Source: a virus
Lineage: Duplodnaviria; Caudoviricetes
Virus record (IMG/VR): IMGVR_UViG_3300032301_001914
Location: 1-29,428 of that record
Strand: one strand, 5' to 3'
Length of the DNA: 29,428 nt
The position numbers were made by a program, and so were the translations under genes. The notes beneath the pieces are model-generated. The model was not told the origin of the DNA and ran no database searches. It saw only the letters and a list, made by a program, of their open reading frames with translations. Shown here piece after piece: positions 8,270-17,686 of this stretch. Position 1 is the first letter of the stretch. Each line of letters opens with the position of its first letter.

Positions 8270-9040
8270 TTATCTGACGATGTCGGTGGCGATGCGCATT
8301 TGGAATGGGCGTGTCGTCAGGATTTGGGTTTGCGGCCCGGGAGCGCGGGAAGGTGTTTCGATCTCCAACTCGAACTCGCAGGTCACGTTGTTTTGCCGCA
8401 CAAGGTCGGTCTCCAGTTCCTTGAGCCAGGATTCCAGTCGCGGGAGTCCGGCCAAGGAGGCGTAGACGAAAGCGGAGGTGATGAAGTTGGTGCCCACGAT
8501 CTCGGTCACACGTCGGAAGGCGAGGGCATCGGTTTTAAGGAATGCGGGACCCGTCGTGCCGCGCAGGGCGAACTTGGCCATGACCAAGGGCGGATTGGCG
8601 GCCACGCCGGCCATGGTGAAGTTGAGCTTCCAAACCAGATCGTCGTTGATGCGGGCGGTGGCCACGGCGGGCGGAAGCACCGGTTCGGTCTGTGCCGCGG
8701 CCGGATCGGCGGTGGACACCGTGAGAGTCTCGAGGTCGAGCGTGACCGGACGACTCACTTCGACTGAAGCGGGCTCGAATATGCCTAGAGTGAAGGCTAC
8801 CGGTGCGCTCCAACCATCGCTGTTTCGGGCCATGGCGGTGATGTTCCAAATGCCTGAGGCGGAGCCCGCGCCAGTGAAAGTTCCCCGCAGGGAATCAAAG
8901 AGCACGCCGTGAGGTAGAGTTTCGCTATTGCCAATGGCCCACTCGGCGGGGCTTTCGGTGGCGGTGAGTTGAAAGACAAACTCTTGGCCCACGCCATAGA
9001 CTAAGACGCTTTGAGTGCCGCTGATGACGGGAATAGGCAT
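8270..9040 (-). CDS. Putative Ig domain plus tail adaptor domain protein
   Basis: LPHGVLFDSLRGTFTG...GIWNITAMARNSDG (He_PIG-like), then an adaptor-like C-terminal half. Confidence 0.68.
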   Translation of the reverse strand: MPIPVISGTQSVLVYGVGQEFVFQLTATESPAEWAIGNSETLPHGVLFDSLRGTFTGAGSASGIWNITAMARNSDGWSAPVAFTLGIFEPASVEVSRPVTLDLETLTVSTADPAAAQTEPVLPPAVATARINDDLVWKLNFTMAGVAANPPLVMAKFALRGTTGPAFLKTDALAFRRVTEIVGTNFITSAFVYASLAGLPRLESWLKELETDLVRQNNVTCEFELEIETPSRAPGPQTQILTTRPFQMRIATDIVR

Positions 9041-9042
9041 GG

Positions 9043-9846
9043 CTATTTGAGAATGTCGGGCTCAGGGAAGGTTGCGTAGTAGGCGACAAAGCCGCGCGGG
9101 TCGCTTACCGCATTCTCGGTGTCAAAGGATGAGAGGCGCACACGCAGGACAAACTCGTCGCTTGAAGGGAGTTGGTCGGCTTGGGCCGCCACGGTCTTGC
9201 CATAGCGGGCGACGGTGCCGGTCCAGAATTCGCCGTCCACTCCGATGTCGCGGTAGAGGCCAACTTCGAAGCGGTGGCGGCCGACCACATCGGTGATGTG
9301 AATCTGCTGATCGATCAGCGGCGTGCGCCAAGTGTAGCCAAGAAGGTTGGGGCCGACCGGCGCGGGTTGTTCGTCGGCTGAGCGGTCGCCTACTTCCCAG
9401 ACCACGTTCCACACGGCATCGGTGTTGTTGTTGAAGAGCCGGAAGTCGAAATCTCGCAGGAATGACCACCGCTGGCGCAGGGGCAGGGAAACGGGCGTAA
9501 AGGCAAACGTGTAGAGGGATCGCTCGAAATACTCGGGATAAAACGAGTTGGTCTGGCGGTAGCGCCGCGCGCGATACCAGAAGCGTCCGTCGCTGGCGAT
9601 GTGGCGCCCGGGTTGGACTCGCTGGGCGGGCCAGGAACCGAACGCCGGCAGGGAGGCCGCTGTGCCAGTAACGAGGATTGCGCTGTTTGCCTCCGGCGCC
9701 GGAAGAACGGGCGTTGTCGTCTGGCCATTTTCCACGACCGGCGTGGCGTCGAATTCGGTGACCGTGGCATCGTGCACGGCCGGTAGCAGACCCAAGGCCG
9801 GCGAGGGCAGGCGGTCGATTTTGTTGATGCCTCCAGTGATGATCAT
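9043..9846 (-). CDS. Tail protein, paralog of the C-terminal domain of 9843..12491
   Basis: Shared blocks LLPA, YPxxFxRxL, LRxRLxxFD, RG. Confidence 0.72.
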   Translation of the reverse strand: MIITGGINKIDRLPSPALGLLPAVHDATVTEFDATPVVENGQTTTPVLPAPEANSAILVTGTAASLPAFGSWPAQRVQPGRHIASDGRFWYRARRYRQTNSFYPEYFERSLYTFAFTPVSLPLRQRWSFLRDFDFRLFNNNTDAVWNVVWEVGDRSADEQPAPVGPNLLGYTWRTPLIDQQIHITDVVGRHRFEVGLYRDIGVDGEFWTGTVARYGKTVAAQADQLPSSDEFVLRVRLSSFDTENAVSDPRGFVAYYATFPEPDILK

Positions 9847-12491
9847 ACGGTCACGTCGAGTTTGGTTTGGGGCATGATCATGGCGATCTGGCCGCGCACG
9901 GGTTCCTCGCCACCGGCCTGCGTGTCATCCACGTCGAATCCGCAGAGTCGCAGGCGTAGAATGGCTGGAGTGGCAAAGCCGTCGCCCGCATTGCTCTTGC
10001 CGTAGGTCAGCCAGTTGGAGGCCGCCACGCCCTCCTCGTTTTTGACCCGCAGGCTCCAGCGCATCGATTCGAGCGAGGGCGAGAGAGCGATCTTGGTCTG
10101 ACCCAAAATCACAGTGCGTACGGCCGAGCCCATCTGCGGGCCATCGGCCATTTCCACCGCCTCGCACTTGAGCAAGAACTGCGCGGCCAGATCCACCTGA
10201 GGCAAGGGTCTGATCACCGCATCGAAGAATTCTCCGATCAGGCGCATGCGCAGCTCGCCTGACACTTCCAGGAGCGAGTTCTTCGGGAATTGATCCGGCC
10301 CGATGTAGAGCCGCCAAAGCTCGCGGTCGAATTCCAGCGGGTAGTAGATGTTTGCTCCCTCAGCGCGCACGCGAAAGTAAGCGCCCTTGGCCCAAGCGAA
10401 GAGAGCACCCGCAGGCACGCTCTGGTCCTTGCGGCCAAAATCTCCAGGCAAGATAAGCGTCTGGCTTGAGGTGTTGCGGTAAACCGTGGGCTCGGTCGTG
10501 GAAGGAAGGTCGACCACATCGATAATGGCGGCTGCTTGCAGGGCAGGGAGAAGAGCTGGCAGTCGTGTGCCAGACTTCTGAGGCCAGAGGGCCGGGTCGG
10601 AGGTGACCTCGGGGATTTCCGGCTCGATGATGTTGCCGAGAGAATCTTTCTTTACGGCCGATCCGATTTGTCCGGGGCGGCCCACGGCTGGAATGATCGC
10701 GCGGTAGACGATGTTGGCGGCCAAAGCGTCCGGATCACGCTTGATGGCTTGGTCCTCCTCCCTCTGTTTGTCCTGCTCGGTAGAGACGTTGGTGCCCGAG
10801 GGCGCCTGCGGTGGGTTGGTCTCGCTGTTTTGGGCGATGAGTTGCGAGCTCAGCGTGACGTCCTCTTGGTCCACGCCGATCAGCGAAAGATCGGGCAAGA
10901 CCTCACCGAATGCCGGCACGCGGTGGGCTACGGGGACTGCGGCCGTGCCGGCGCTGGCGGCTCCCGGTTGCGGCAGCATGCGCTCCAAATCAGCCAAGCG
11001 TTGGCCGATGTCCTCAAGCATGCCCTGCAGGCCCACGATTTGCGCGATCGTGTGCGTGTGAATGTTTTGCACGGTGACCGGCCCGGCGGTGCTGATGACT
11101 ACGGCCAGGCTGTCCTCATCGACCGGTTCGGCGAACTCGAGGACCAGCTCGTCGTCACTGGCCAGGCGAGCCGTGTACTCGCTCGGGTCGAGAACGTGGT
11201 TGGGTTCGCCGTTTTGCCGCACGGTGAGATGCAAAAGGGATGTGCCGAGATTGTGCGGGAAGCTGTAGGTGTCATTGGAGCCATCACCGAAGACCGAGGC
11301 GTAGTGCTGTGAGCCGGTGATGACTTGGCTTGGGGTGAAGGGGACGTAGTCGCGCGGGGCGGGATTGCGCAACCAGTCGACGTTTTGCAGTCCGCTCAAA
11401 CCCGGAAAGAACACCGCGCGCCGTAGGTTGATCGAGGACTGGACTTTGATCGTGCGGAAGTCGGCCTCGAGATCTTCGTCGCCTGTGGCGTTGTCTTCCA
11501 AGATGTCCAATTCGATTTCCAGCGGGATGGCGGTGATTTCGTTGGCCGCGCGCAAGGCGGTCCAGATTTCCGCCGTGTTGAGATCAAGTGCCACGGTGGG
11601 ATCTCCCGGCGGGGCGGAGGTGACGGAGATCTGCAGCTGTTCGACGTTGGCTCCCTTGAAGTAATCGCCGCCGAAGGTGATCAAGGCCTGACCGGTGGTG
11701 GGGTTGACCACGGCCACCGAGCGGTCCGGGCCGATTTCAGCCAGCATCTTGTTGATGGCCGCCTCGATCTGCGCTGGTCCGTCCGTGGTATCGAGGATGT
11801 CGGTGCGGTAGTAGTCCTGAAACTTGAACTGGTAGGTGCCGCGGAAATCCGGCGGCATGGTCAGTTGCTGGATTTCCGGATAGGTGAAAAGTCCGTCGGG
11901 ACTGGTGTAGCCGTCCTGGATGGTGGTGACAAAGGGGCTCTGCGGCAGCACCCGCATGGACGAGTCGGTGTGGGCCAGAGGAGCCTGCACCAACCGCAGT
12001 TCATGAAGCCACTGAGCGTTGATCTGCTGGGCGAAAAGGCGCCCGAAGCTGGTCGGGAAAAGCGTGTTGCTGACCGCACTCAAGGTAAGGCGGCGGCCGT
12101 CTTCGCATCGTATGAGGTAGCTATCGTCTTCGAACACAACCTCAATGCCCGTGTCCAAGACGGGCAAGCTCCCAAGCGCATTCTTGATCTGGGCGGCCGT
12201 GGCCGCATAGGGCAGAAGTCCCGTCGTGTTCAGGCTGGTCGAGGCGGCATCGCCGATCTTTAAGGCAAAGCTTCCCTTGGTCGGACGACGGTCCAGAAAC
12301 CCGATGGAAGCCCGCATGGCGCGGATCTTTGGGTAAACCTCGGTGGGACTGGTGCTGCCGATGCGCTGGATAAAGCGCAGGGAGATGGCCAGCGTGTCGC
12401 CAGCGGTCAGGGTGGGGAAGGTGAAGGTATCGCCAGAGGCTCCGGCCGACAAAATCCGTCGGGTCAAATCGGCAAAGAGCAACTGGCGCAT
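9843..12491 (-). CDS. Large tail-tip/fibre protein (882 aa)
   Basis: LPYAATAAQIKNAL repeat-like motif, HNLGT motif, HTHTIAQIVGLQ tail repeat; lies downstream of tape measure. Confidence 0.75.
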   Translation of the reverse strand: MRQLLFADLTRRILSAGASGDTFTFPTLTAGDTLAISLRFIQRIGSTSPTEVYPKIRAMRASIGFLDRRPTKGSFALKIGDAASTSLNTTGLLPYAATAAQIKNALGSLPVLDTGIEVVFEDDSYLIRCEDGRRLTLSAVSNTLFPTSFGRLFAQQINAQWLHELRLVQAPLAHTDSSMRVLPQSPFVTTIQDGYTSPDGLFTYPEIQQLTMPPDFRGTYQFKFQDYYRTDILDTTDGPAQIEAAINKMLAEIGPDRSVAVVNPTTGQALITFGGDYFKGANVEQLQISVTSAPPGDPTVALDLNTAEIWTALRAANEITAIPLEIELDILEDNATGDEDLEADFRTIKVQSSINLRRAVFFPGLSGLQNVDWLRNPAPRDYVPFTPSQVITGSQHYASVFGDGSNDTYSFPHNLGTSLLHLTVRQNGEPNHVLDPSEYTARLASDDELVLEFAEPVDEDSLAVVISTAGPVTVQNIHTHTIAQIVGLQGMLEDIGQRLADLERMLPQPGAASAGTAAVPVAHRVPAFGEVLPDLSLIGVDQEDVTLSSQLIAQNSETNPPQAPSGTNVSTEQDKQREEDQAIKRDPDALAANIVYRAIIPAVGRPGQIGSAVKKDSLGNIIEPEIPEVTSDPALWPQKSGTRLPALLPALQAAAIIDVVDLPSTTEPTVYRNTSSQTLILPGDFGRKDQSVPAGALFAWAKGAYFRVRAEGANIYYPLEFDRELWRLYIGPDQFPKNSLLEVSGELRMRLIGEFFDAVIRPLPQVDLAAQFLLKCEAVEMADGPQMGSAVRTVILGQTKIALSPSLESMRWSLRVKNEEGVAASNWLTYGKSNAGDGFATPAILRLRLCGFDVDDTQAGGEEPVRGQIAMIMPQTKLDVTV

Positions 12492-12508
12492 TCCGCCGGT
12501 GCAGGCGG

Positions 12509-12514
12509 TGTCAA
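12509..12514 (-). promoter_or_regulatory. TTGACA motif, 17 nt before ATG 12491
   Basis: CTTTGACACCGCCTGCACCGGCGGA-ATG. Confidence 0.6.
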
Positions 12515-12516
12515 AG

Positions 12517-12708
12517 CTACTCGTCCTTCTTGTCGGGCTCGGCGTCGCTGTAGTGGGTGAGGCCGAACGTGTCGGGCGAGAAGACCAAGACCTCGAAGGG
12601 GAAGGGCGGGTTCAAGGGCACCGCCTTGTTGCTCTCGGTCTGGTCCTTCTCGCGTTCGGCCCGTAGACGAGCTTCCTTGTTAAGTCCGTAAGTGCTGGCC
12701 GCGCTCAT
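12517..12708 (-). CDS. Hypothetical small protein
   Basis: 63 aa; ATGA overlap with upstream stop; fills the gap exactly. Confidence 0.6.
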   Translation of the reverse strand: MSAASTYGLNKEARLRAEREKDQTESNKAVPLNPPFPFEVLVFSPDTFGLTHYSDAEPDKKDE

Positions 12709-13718
12709 GTGGTCCAGAAAACGCCTCGATTGGAGGTGGAATTAAACACGGCGGCGGTAATGCGCTGCATCTCTGCTTCCATGACGGCGAAGGTTGCGGC
12801 TGGCGCCAGGGTGTAGCGTGAGGTCAGGGCAAAGAGTCCGGCCACGCCGGAGAGCTGTGGCAAGTTGATTGGCACCGCATTGCGCGCCCGGTGGGTCACA
12901 TTCCAGAAGCACTTGTGTGCGACGTAGGGTGTCCAGTTGCGGTCGGGCACATCGCTGGGATTCTCGGCCGGAGCCAGCAGGTAGCCGGTGGCAATGGGCA
13001 AGCGGTCCAGTCCATCGTCGCCGACCAAGCCTGATAATCTTTCCGAGAAATCCGGCTCGCCTGGCTCGTCCATTTTCGGCGCTTGGTTGAGTCGCGGGCG
13101 CGTGCCGAAAGCCGTGATTGCGCTGGTGTCGTAGGTCACGTTGTATTCGAGCAAGGAGCCAAGAACGATGTTGCCCGTGAAGGTCGGCAACATTTTGTAG
13201 GTAGCCCGAGCTACGGTGACAAAGATGTCGAAGGCGACCAGCTTGCGGCTGGCGGCGGCGTCTTCGGCGGCCTGCATAATGTCGCCCACGCTAAGGCTGT
13301 CGAAGTTGCTGAGCGTGACCGAGGGCATCTTCACCTGCTTGACGCCAAGGTTACGGAAAAAGGGCGGCACGTAGCTGCCATCGGTGCCCACGGGTCTAAA
13401 ACCGCGCATGGGAATCCAAGGCACATCAATCATGCCTAAGTCTTTGGGCTTCGGTTCCTCTTCGCTGGGTTCCGGCGCGGTGCCCGGCACGATGGGATCG
13501 TATCCATTGACGAAGCCGGCCCTGACGTTGAACTGCCATTTCTCGTCCACCCATGAAAGGAGCGTGTGCCATGGGTGGCGCCACGAGAGGGGCTGGTCGG
13601 CCAGAGCGATCACCGTCTCTCGCGGACTGCGGTAGATGTTGATTCCCTTGCCGGCTCGCGGCATGAGGGCGCCGGCATGATGCAGGGCTGCATTCCACTG
13701 GGAGGCGCGCACCTTCAT
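12705..13718 (-). CDS. Putative tail-tip protein, paralog of 13715..14287
   Basis: AGKGINIYRS and VRAGFVNGYDP blocks; ATGA overlap. Confidence 0.7.
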   Translation of the reverse strand: MKVRASQWNAALHHAGALMPRAGKGINIYRSPRETVIALADQPLSWRHPWHTLLSWVDEKWQFNVRAGFVNGYDPIVPGTAPEPSEEEPKPKDLGMIDVPWIPMRGFRPVGTDGSYVPPFFRNLGVKQVKMPSVTLSNFDSLSVGDIMQAAEDAAASRKLVAFDIFVTVARATYKMLPTFTGNIVLGSLLEYNVTYDTSAITAFGTRPRLNQAPKMDEPGEPDFSERLSGLVGDDGLDRLPIATGYLLAPAENPSDVPDRNWTPYVAHKCFWNVTHRARNAVPINLPQLSGVAGLFALTSRYTLAPAATFAVMEAEMQRITAAVFNSTSNRGVFWTT

Positions 13719-14287
13719 GCCGGAACGAAAAAATGGCGGCCATCGCGGAAAGCATGCCGCAGGGAAAAGTAGGAAATCTGCCGAGCACCGTAGGAGCCGT
13801 TCTCAAGCTTTAGAATCATGGCCACTGGATGGCGTCCCTTGAGCCTGTCGTTTGTGGCGGCCGACGTGCCCGTGGTCACAATGACCGACTCGGGATCCTC
13901 CGGATCAATGCGCTCCGACTCTTGGTTGATCTTCACCTCGACGTAGACCCACGCCCGGTTGTCCTCGAACTCCGAGGGCATGGCCAAGGTAGGTGGACCG
14001 GATTTGCTGCCGGAAATCTTCACTCGATCGATGGTTGGTTCGATTCCGTTGACGTAGCCCGCAGCGACGATCAGCTCCTTCTCGTTGACCGGAGTGACGT
14101 AGAAGGCGCCGACGAAAGCCTTGTTGGGGATGGCGGCGCGGATGATCGTGCCATTTTCCGATCGCACCAAGCGGATGCCGCGACCAGCGGTGAGTTCCTG
14201 CCGGTGCAGCCAAGTCAGCAGTTTGGAAAGCCGCGGTTTGACCCGTCTGCCGGGTCGCGCCAGTAGTCTTTCAAGCTCACTAACCAT
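13715..14287 (-). CDS. Putative tail-tip protein
   Basis: AGRGIRLVRS and VAAGYVNGIEP blocks; overlaps upstream stop. Confidence 0.7.
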   Translation of the reverse strand: MVSELERLLARPGRRVKPRLSKLLTWLHRQELTAGRGIRLVRSENGTIIRAAIPNKAFVGAFYVTPVNEKELIVAAGYVNGIEPTIDRVKISGSKSGPPTLAMPSEFEDNRAWVYVEVKINQESERIDPEDPESVIVTTGTSAATNDRLKGRHPVAMILKLENGSYGARQISYFSLRHAFRDGRHFFVPA

Positions 14288-14996
14288 TGAGGGATTCGTA
14301 GATATCCTGTGCGGCCTCTTTGGCTCCGGTACTTTTTTCGCCCGAGAGCATCCATCGGCGGGTGACTTCCCATTTCTGTCCCTTCTGGGTCACTACGGGA
14401 GGCAAGGTGAGCCAGAAGCGATTGCCCGGGGCGGGCAGGTTGCCCGGTGGGTCGTCGGTTATCCGTCCAACGCTGGTAAAGACATCGGGCGGAATATTCG
14501 GGTAAACCCGCTTCTGCGACCACACGCCGCCCAGAGCGTAGAATTCACGCACTCCGCGCATGGGATTGTCGATGAAGCTGGTCGAATCACCGCTGCCGCC
14601 AAGCCCTGCGCCGGATCCGGTGCCTTGGGGGATGTATTTGCCCCAAGTGACCTCCTCGTTCTCATCGAGCGTGCCGTAGTATTTTTTGAGCAAATCGCCG
14701 AACTTGGGATGGGTGCGGATGTCGGCCTGTTCAAATGATGGAGACCAATCGTAGACGGTGCGCTCCTCACTGTCGTAAGTGGATTCGCCGCCTTCATCCA
14801 TGACCCCCTCAAAAAGCCCGACCGCCACGTAGTGGCCATCCTGCTCCTGGCGGATGTCCATCCCGGTGCGTTGCAGTCCGAGGAAGTTTGTGGCCGCATT
14901 ACTGAAAGCCTCAGTGACAGTTGTGCCATAGTAGGGGACTCGCGCACTGACGGCCCCGGTCTTTTCCACGCTGATCGAGAGTCCGACAAGTTGCAT
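14280..14996 (-). CDS. Putative distal tail/hub protein
   Basis: First gene after tape measure; beta-rich, 238 aa; function inferred from position only. Confidence 0.6.
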   Translation of the reverse strand: MQLVGLSISVEKTGAVSARVPYYGTTVTEAFSNAATNFLGLQRTGMDIRQEQDGHYVAVGLFEGVMDEGGESTYDSEERTVYDWSPSFEQADIRTHPKFGDLLKKYYGTLDENEEVTWGKYIPQGTGSGAGLGGSGDSTSFIDNPMRGVREFYALGGVWSQKRVYPNIPPDVFTSVGRITDDPPGNLPAPGNRFWLTLPPVVTQKGQKWEVTRRWMLSGEKSTGAKEAAQDIYESLNG

Positions 14997-15010
14997 GATG
15001 CTTTGGGGGA

Positions 15011-17686
15011 TTAGTCAAAAGCCTCGGCTAGGAGCTGGCGCGGCTGGCTGGCCAAGAGGGAGCGGATTTCGGCGAGCAGGCGATTGGACTCGGCCTGCTT
15101 GCGCACCATTTCTTCCTGCGGCTTACGGTCCTCGCCAAAAAAGCGTCCTCCCAAGCCGACCTGCCGCGCGGCATCGGCGACTTGTACCGGAGTGCGGCCT
15201 TGGCCGGATGACTCGCGCCGCAACTGCTCAAGTTCGGCTTGTCTGCGTCCTAGTTCGGCTGCCGTCACCGGATCCTCTCCTTGCTCCTCGAATTGTTTGG
15301 CCACGGCTGCCGCGCGCCGGTCGGTTTCAATCTCGCGGACGCGCTCGGTGTCTCCCGAGGCCTCTGCAGCGATCTGCTCGGCATCAAGCAGCATGTCGCT
15401 GCGCAGATCAGCGAGGCGTTCTTGCTGCTCGGCGCGCTTGGTGTCTTCGTCGGCTTGCCGCTTTTGCACGGCTAGGAGTTGCTCCTCGATGGAGAGAAGC
15501 TCGAAGAGTCGCTGCTTTTCGGCGTTAGTGGCCTCAGTGCCCAGTGACTTGAGCCGCTCGATCTCGGCAATGAGGGCTCCGGCATCAAAGGTGATGTCGG
15601 CGCCACCGGAGGACATCGCCTCGATCTTGCTTCGTGCCTCCTCGAGGGACTCCGTTCCCAGCGCTCGGAGCAAAATGTCCACGCTCTTGCGGTCCGGAGC
15701 CGACTCGAGCATCTCGCGCAATTGGGCAACCGACTCGGCCCCGGTCGCCTCGAGAGCCAGTTGCACGGTTCGGTCGCTTATGCCCTCAAGCGCGGCACGC
15801 AGTTCACCGATGCTGGAGAGACCGGTGGCACTTAGAGCGAGCGCGATGGTCTTATCGTCGGCTGCGTCGATTGCTGCGCTCAAAGCTTGGGCATCGGGCA
15901 AGCCAGTAGCCTCAAGGGCCAAGGCGAGGGTTTTGCCTTCGGCCACATCGAGCATTTTGAGCATACCCTCGGCGGCAGGCAGGCCGACGGCGCTTAGGCG
16001 AACTTCGGCATTGGTCGCTTGGGCCATGGCCTCAAGTTGCTGGCGGGCCTGATCCATGGTTTCCAGGCCGCTTGTGTTGAGCACGAATTCGGATTGGGCG
16101 GCGTTGTCCATGGAGGCCTTGCCCAAGACCGATGAGGCTGCCTGCTCCGGAGTCATGGCATCGAGTGCCGCTTGCTCACCGCGCTTGTCGCGCGATTCCA
16201 GGGCCCGCTCCAATTCACGTGCCAGCTCCTCAGCCCGGCGCTTGCTCTCAGCCAAGGCCTCGCCCCGGCGCTTTTCTTCGGCGTTGGCGGCCATGATTTC
16301 CGGAGAAATGTTAGCGGCCATGTCTTTGATGGCCTCAAGCATGACGATGCGTTCGCGCAGGCGCGTCTCGAATTGCGCCAACTCTTCGGCTCCGAGGTCG
16401 GGGAAAGATTCCTCAAGAGAGCTAATGCGCTCGCGTGCGGCTTCAATTTCCTGGCTGACACTATCGATGACGGCCGATTGGTCTTCGGGGCTAGAAATGG
16501 CCTGCGCGTTGGTGCCGTAGCGGTTGGCCATGCGTTCGGTTTCACTAACGATGCTCTTTTCGCCGCGGGCGGCCTGGTTGACGCGGTCGCGCTCACCCAT
16601 GGCGTAGGCGAGCAGTTCGCCGGCCGCCACGACGGCCAAGCCAATGCCGGTTGATACTAGTGCGGCCTTGATCCCGGCAGAGGCAGCGCGGGCGGCAGCC
16701 ACCATGCCGGTAAAGGTGGCGCGGGCAGCCGTTCCCAAAGCTACCAATGCCACGCGCGGACTTGCCATGCTGGCAGCCATGGCGGCCATGGCAGCGGGAA
16801 ACTGCGAGGCGGCTGTGACCACGGATTGTCCGATGCCCAACTTGAAGGCGAGGGTGGCAGCGCCGACACCGACAAAGACGGGCAGGAGGGATCGCAGGCT
16901 GGCGATGAGTTCGATCAATGCTGCAGAGGCTTGCCCGGCGGATTGACCAAGACCGGTAAAGTCGGCTTTCGAGAGGCTTTCAAAAATATCGAGCCCGGAA
17001 GATTCTGACATAAAGCCGACAAAGAACTGGTCGATCTTCAGCCCCATGGCCTCGATGGCATCGCTGACCGTATCGAATCGGTTGGCATTGTCTTCGAGCA
17101 CATTGCCCAACTCGCCGACCTGTTCGGAGGCGGAAGTAAACGCCGCCGGGTCACGCATGAGGGCCAGCATCTCCACGCCTGAGCGACCGAAGAGCTTGAT
17201 GGCAGCGGCCGCCCGGTCGGATGGGTCTTCGATGGCTGCGATGACCCGCGAGAGTTCGCTGAACTGGTCCTGCAACGACATGCGGCTCAATGCCAGCGTG
17301 TTGATCCCGAGTTCCTCGAGTACGCCTCGGGTAGTGACGCCATCCTCGTTGACTCCGGCTAGAGCGCGCTGGAATCGGGCGATCATCGGACCGGCCGCAT
17401 CAGCCCCCATGCCTGCGTTGGCCAGTGCCTGACGCAAGACAACTAATTCGCTCACACTCGCGCCGGTCGAAGCGCTCAGATCCGAGAGATGACCACCCAA
17501 ATCGAGGGCGCCCTTCATCTCGCTAAAGATGCCGCTGAGTCCAGCAATGGCCGCACGTGCGGCGATAAAAGCGGCGGTAATCCCGGCGGCTGCCGCCTGC
17601 AGGTTGCGGATCTGGCGCTGAACTTTGGCGATGCCGCCAATAAAGGGTGCGGCATTGAGTTCGATGTCGGCGCGAATGGAACTCAT
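15011..17686 (-). CDS. Tape measure protein (891 aa)
   Basis: Ala-rich helical protein; DLSASTG, LEELGI, RAAAAIKLFGRSG motifs; hydrophobic central segments; charged coiled coils. Confidence 0.88.
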   Translation of the reverse strand: MSSIRADIELNAAPFIGGIAKVQRQIRNLQAAAAGITAAFIAARAAIAGLSGIFSEMKGALDLGGHLSDLSASTGASVSELVVLRQALANAGMGADAAGPMIARFQRALAGVNEDGVTTRGVLEELGINTLALSRMSLQDQFSELSRVIAAIEDPSDRAAAAIKLFGRSGVEMLALMRDPAAFTSASEQVGELGNVLEDNANRFDTVSDAIEAMGLKIDQFFVGFMSESSGLDIFESLSKADFTGLGQSAGQASAALIELIASLRSLLPVFVGVGAATLAFKLGIGQSVVTAASQFPAAMAAMAASMASPRVALVALGTAARATFTGMVAAARAASAGIKAALVSTGIGLAVVAAGELLAYAMGERDRVNQAARGEKSIVSETERMANRYGTNAQAISSPEDQSAVIDSVSQEIEAARERISSLEESFPDLGAEELAQFETRLRERIVMLEAIKDMAANISPEIMAANAEEKRRGEALAESKRRAEELARELERALESRDKRGEQAALDAMTPEQAASSVLGKASMDNAAQSEFVLNTSGLETMDQARQQLEAMAQATNAEVRLSAVGLPAAEGMLKMLDVAEGKTLALALEATGLPDAQALSAAIDAADDKTIALALSATGLSSIGELRAALEGISDRTVQLALEATGAESVAQLREMLESAPDRKSVDILLRALGTESLEEARSKIEAMSSGGADITFDAGALIAEIERLKSLGTEATNAEKQRLFELLSIEEQLLAVQKRQADEDTKRAEQQERLADLRSDMLLDAEQIAAEASGDTERVREIETDRRAAAVAKQFEEQGEDPVTAAELGRRQAELEQLRRESSGQGRTPVQVADAARQVGLGGRFFGEDRKPQEEMVRKQAESNRLLAEIRSLLASQPRQLLAEAFD
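15013..15018 (-). promoter_or_regulatory. TTGACT motif variant, 16 nt before ATG 14996
   Basis: TTTTGACTAATCCCCCAAAGCATC-ATG. Confidence 0.5.
15604..16075 (-). repeat. About six degenerate 27-28 aa repeats inside the tape measure protein
   Basis: Units begin TSGL/AVGL/ATGL/ATGL/ATGA/ALGT and end in KTLALALE/KTIALALS/RTVQLALE-like segments. Confidence 0.7.

Noticed and set aside
9120-9125. Exact TTGACA on the - strand inside 9043..9846
   Set aside because: No start codon 13-17 nt downstream; it encodes the F-D of a conserved protein block. Counted as a background occurrence.
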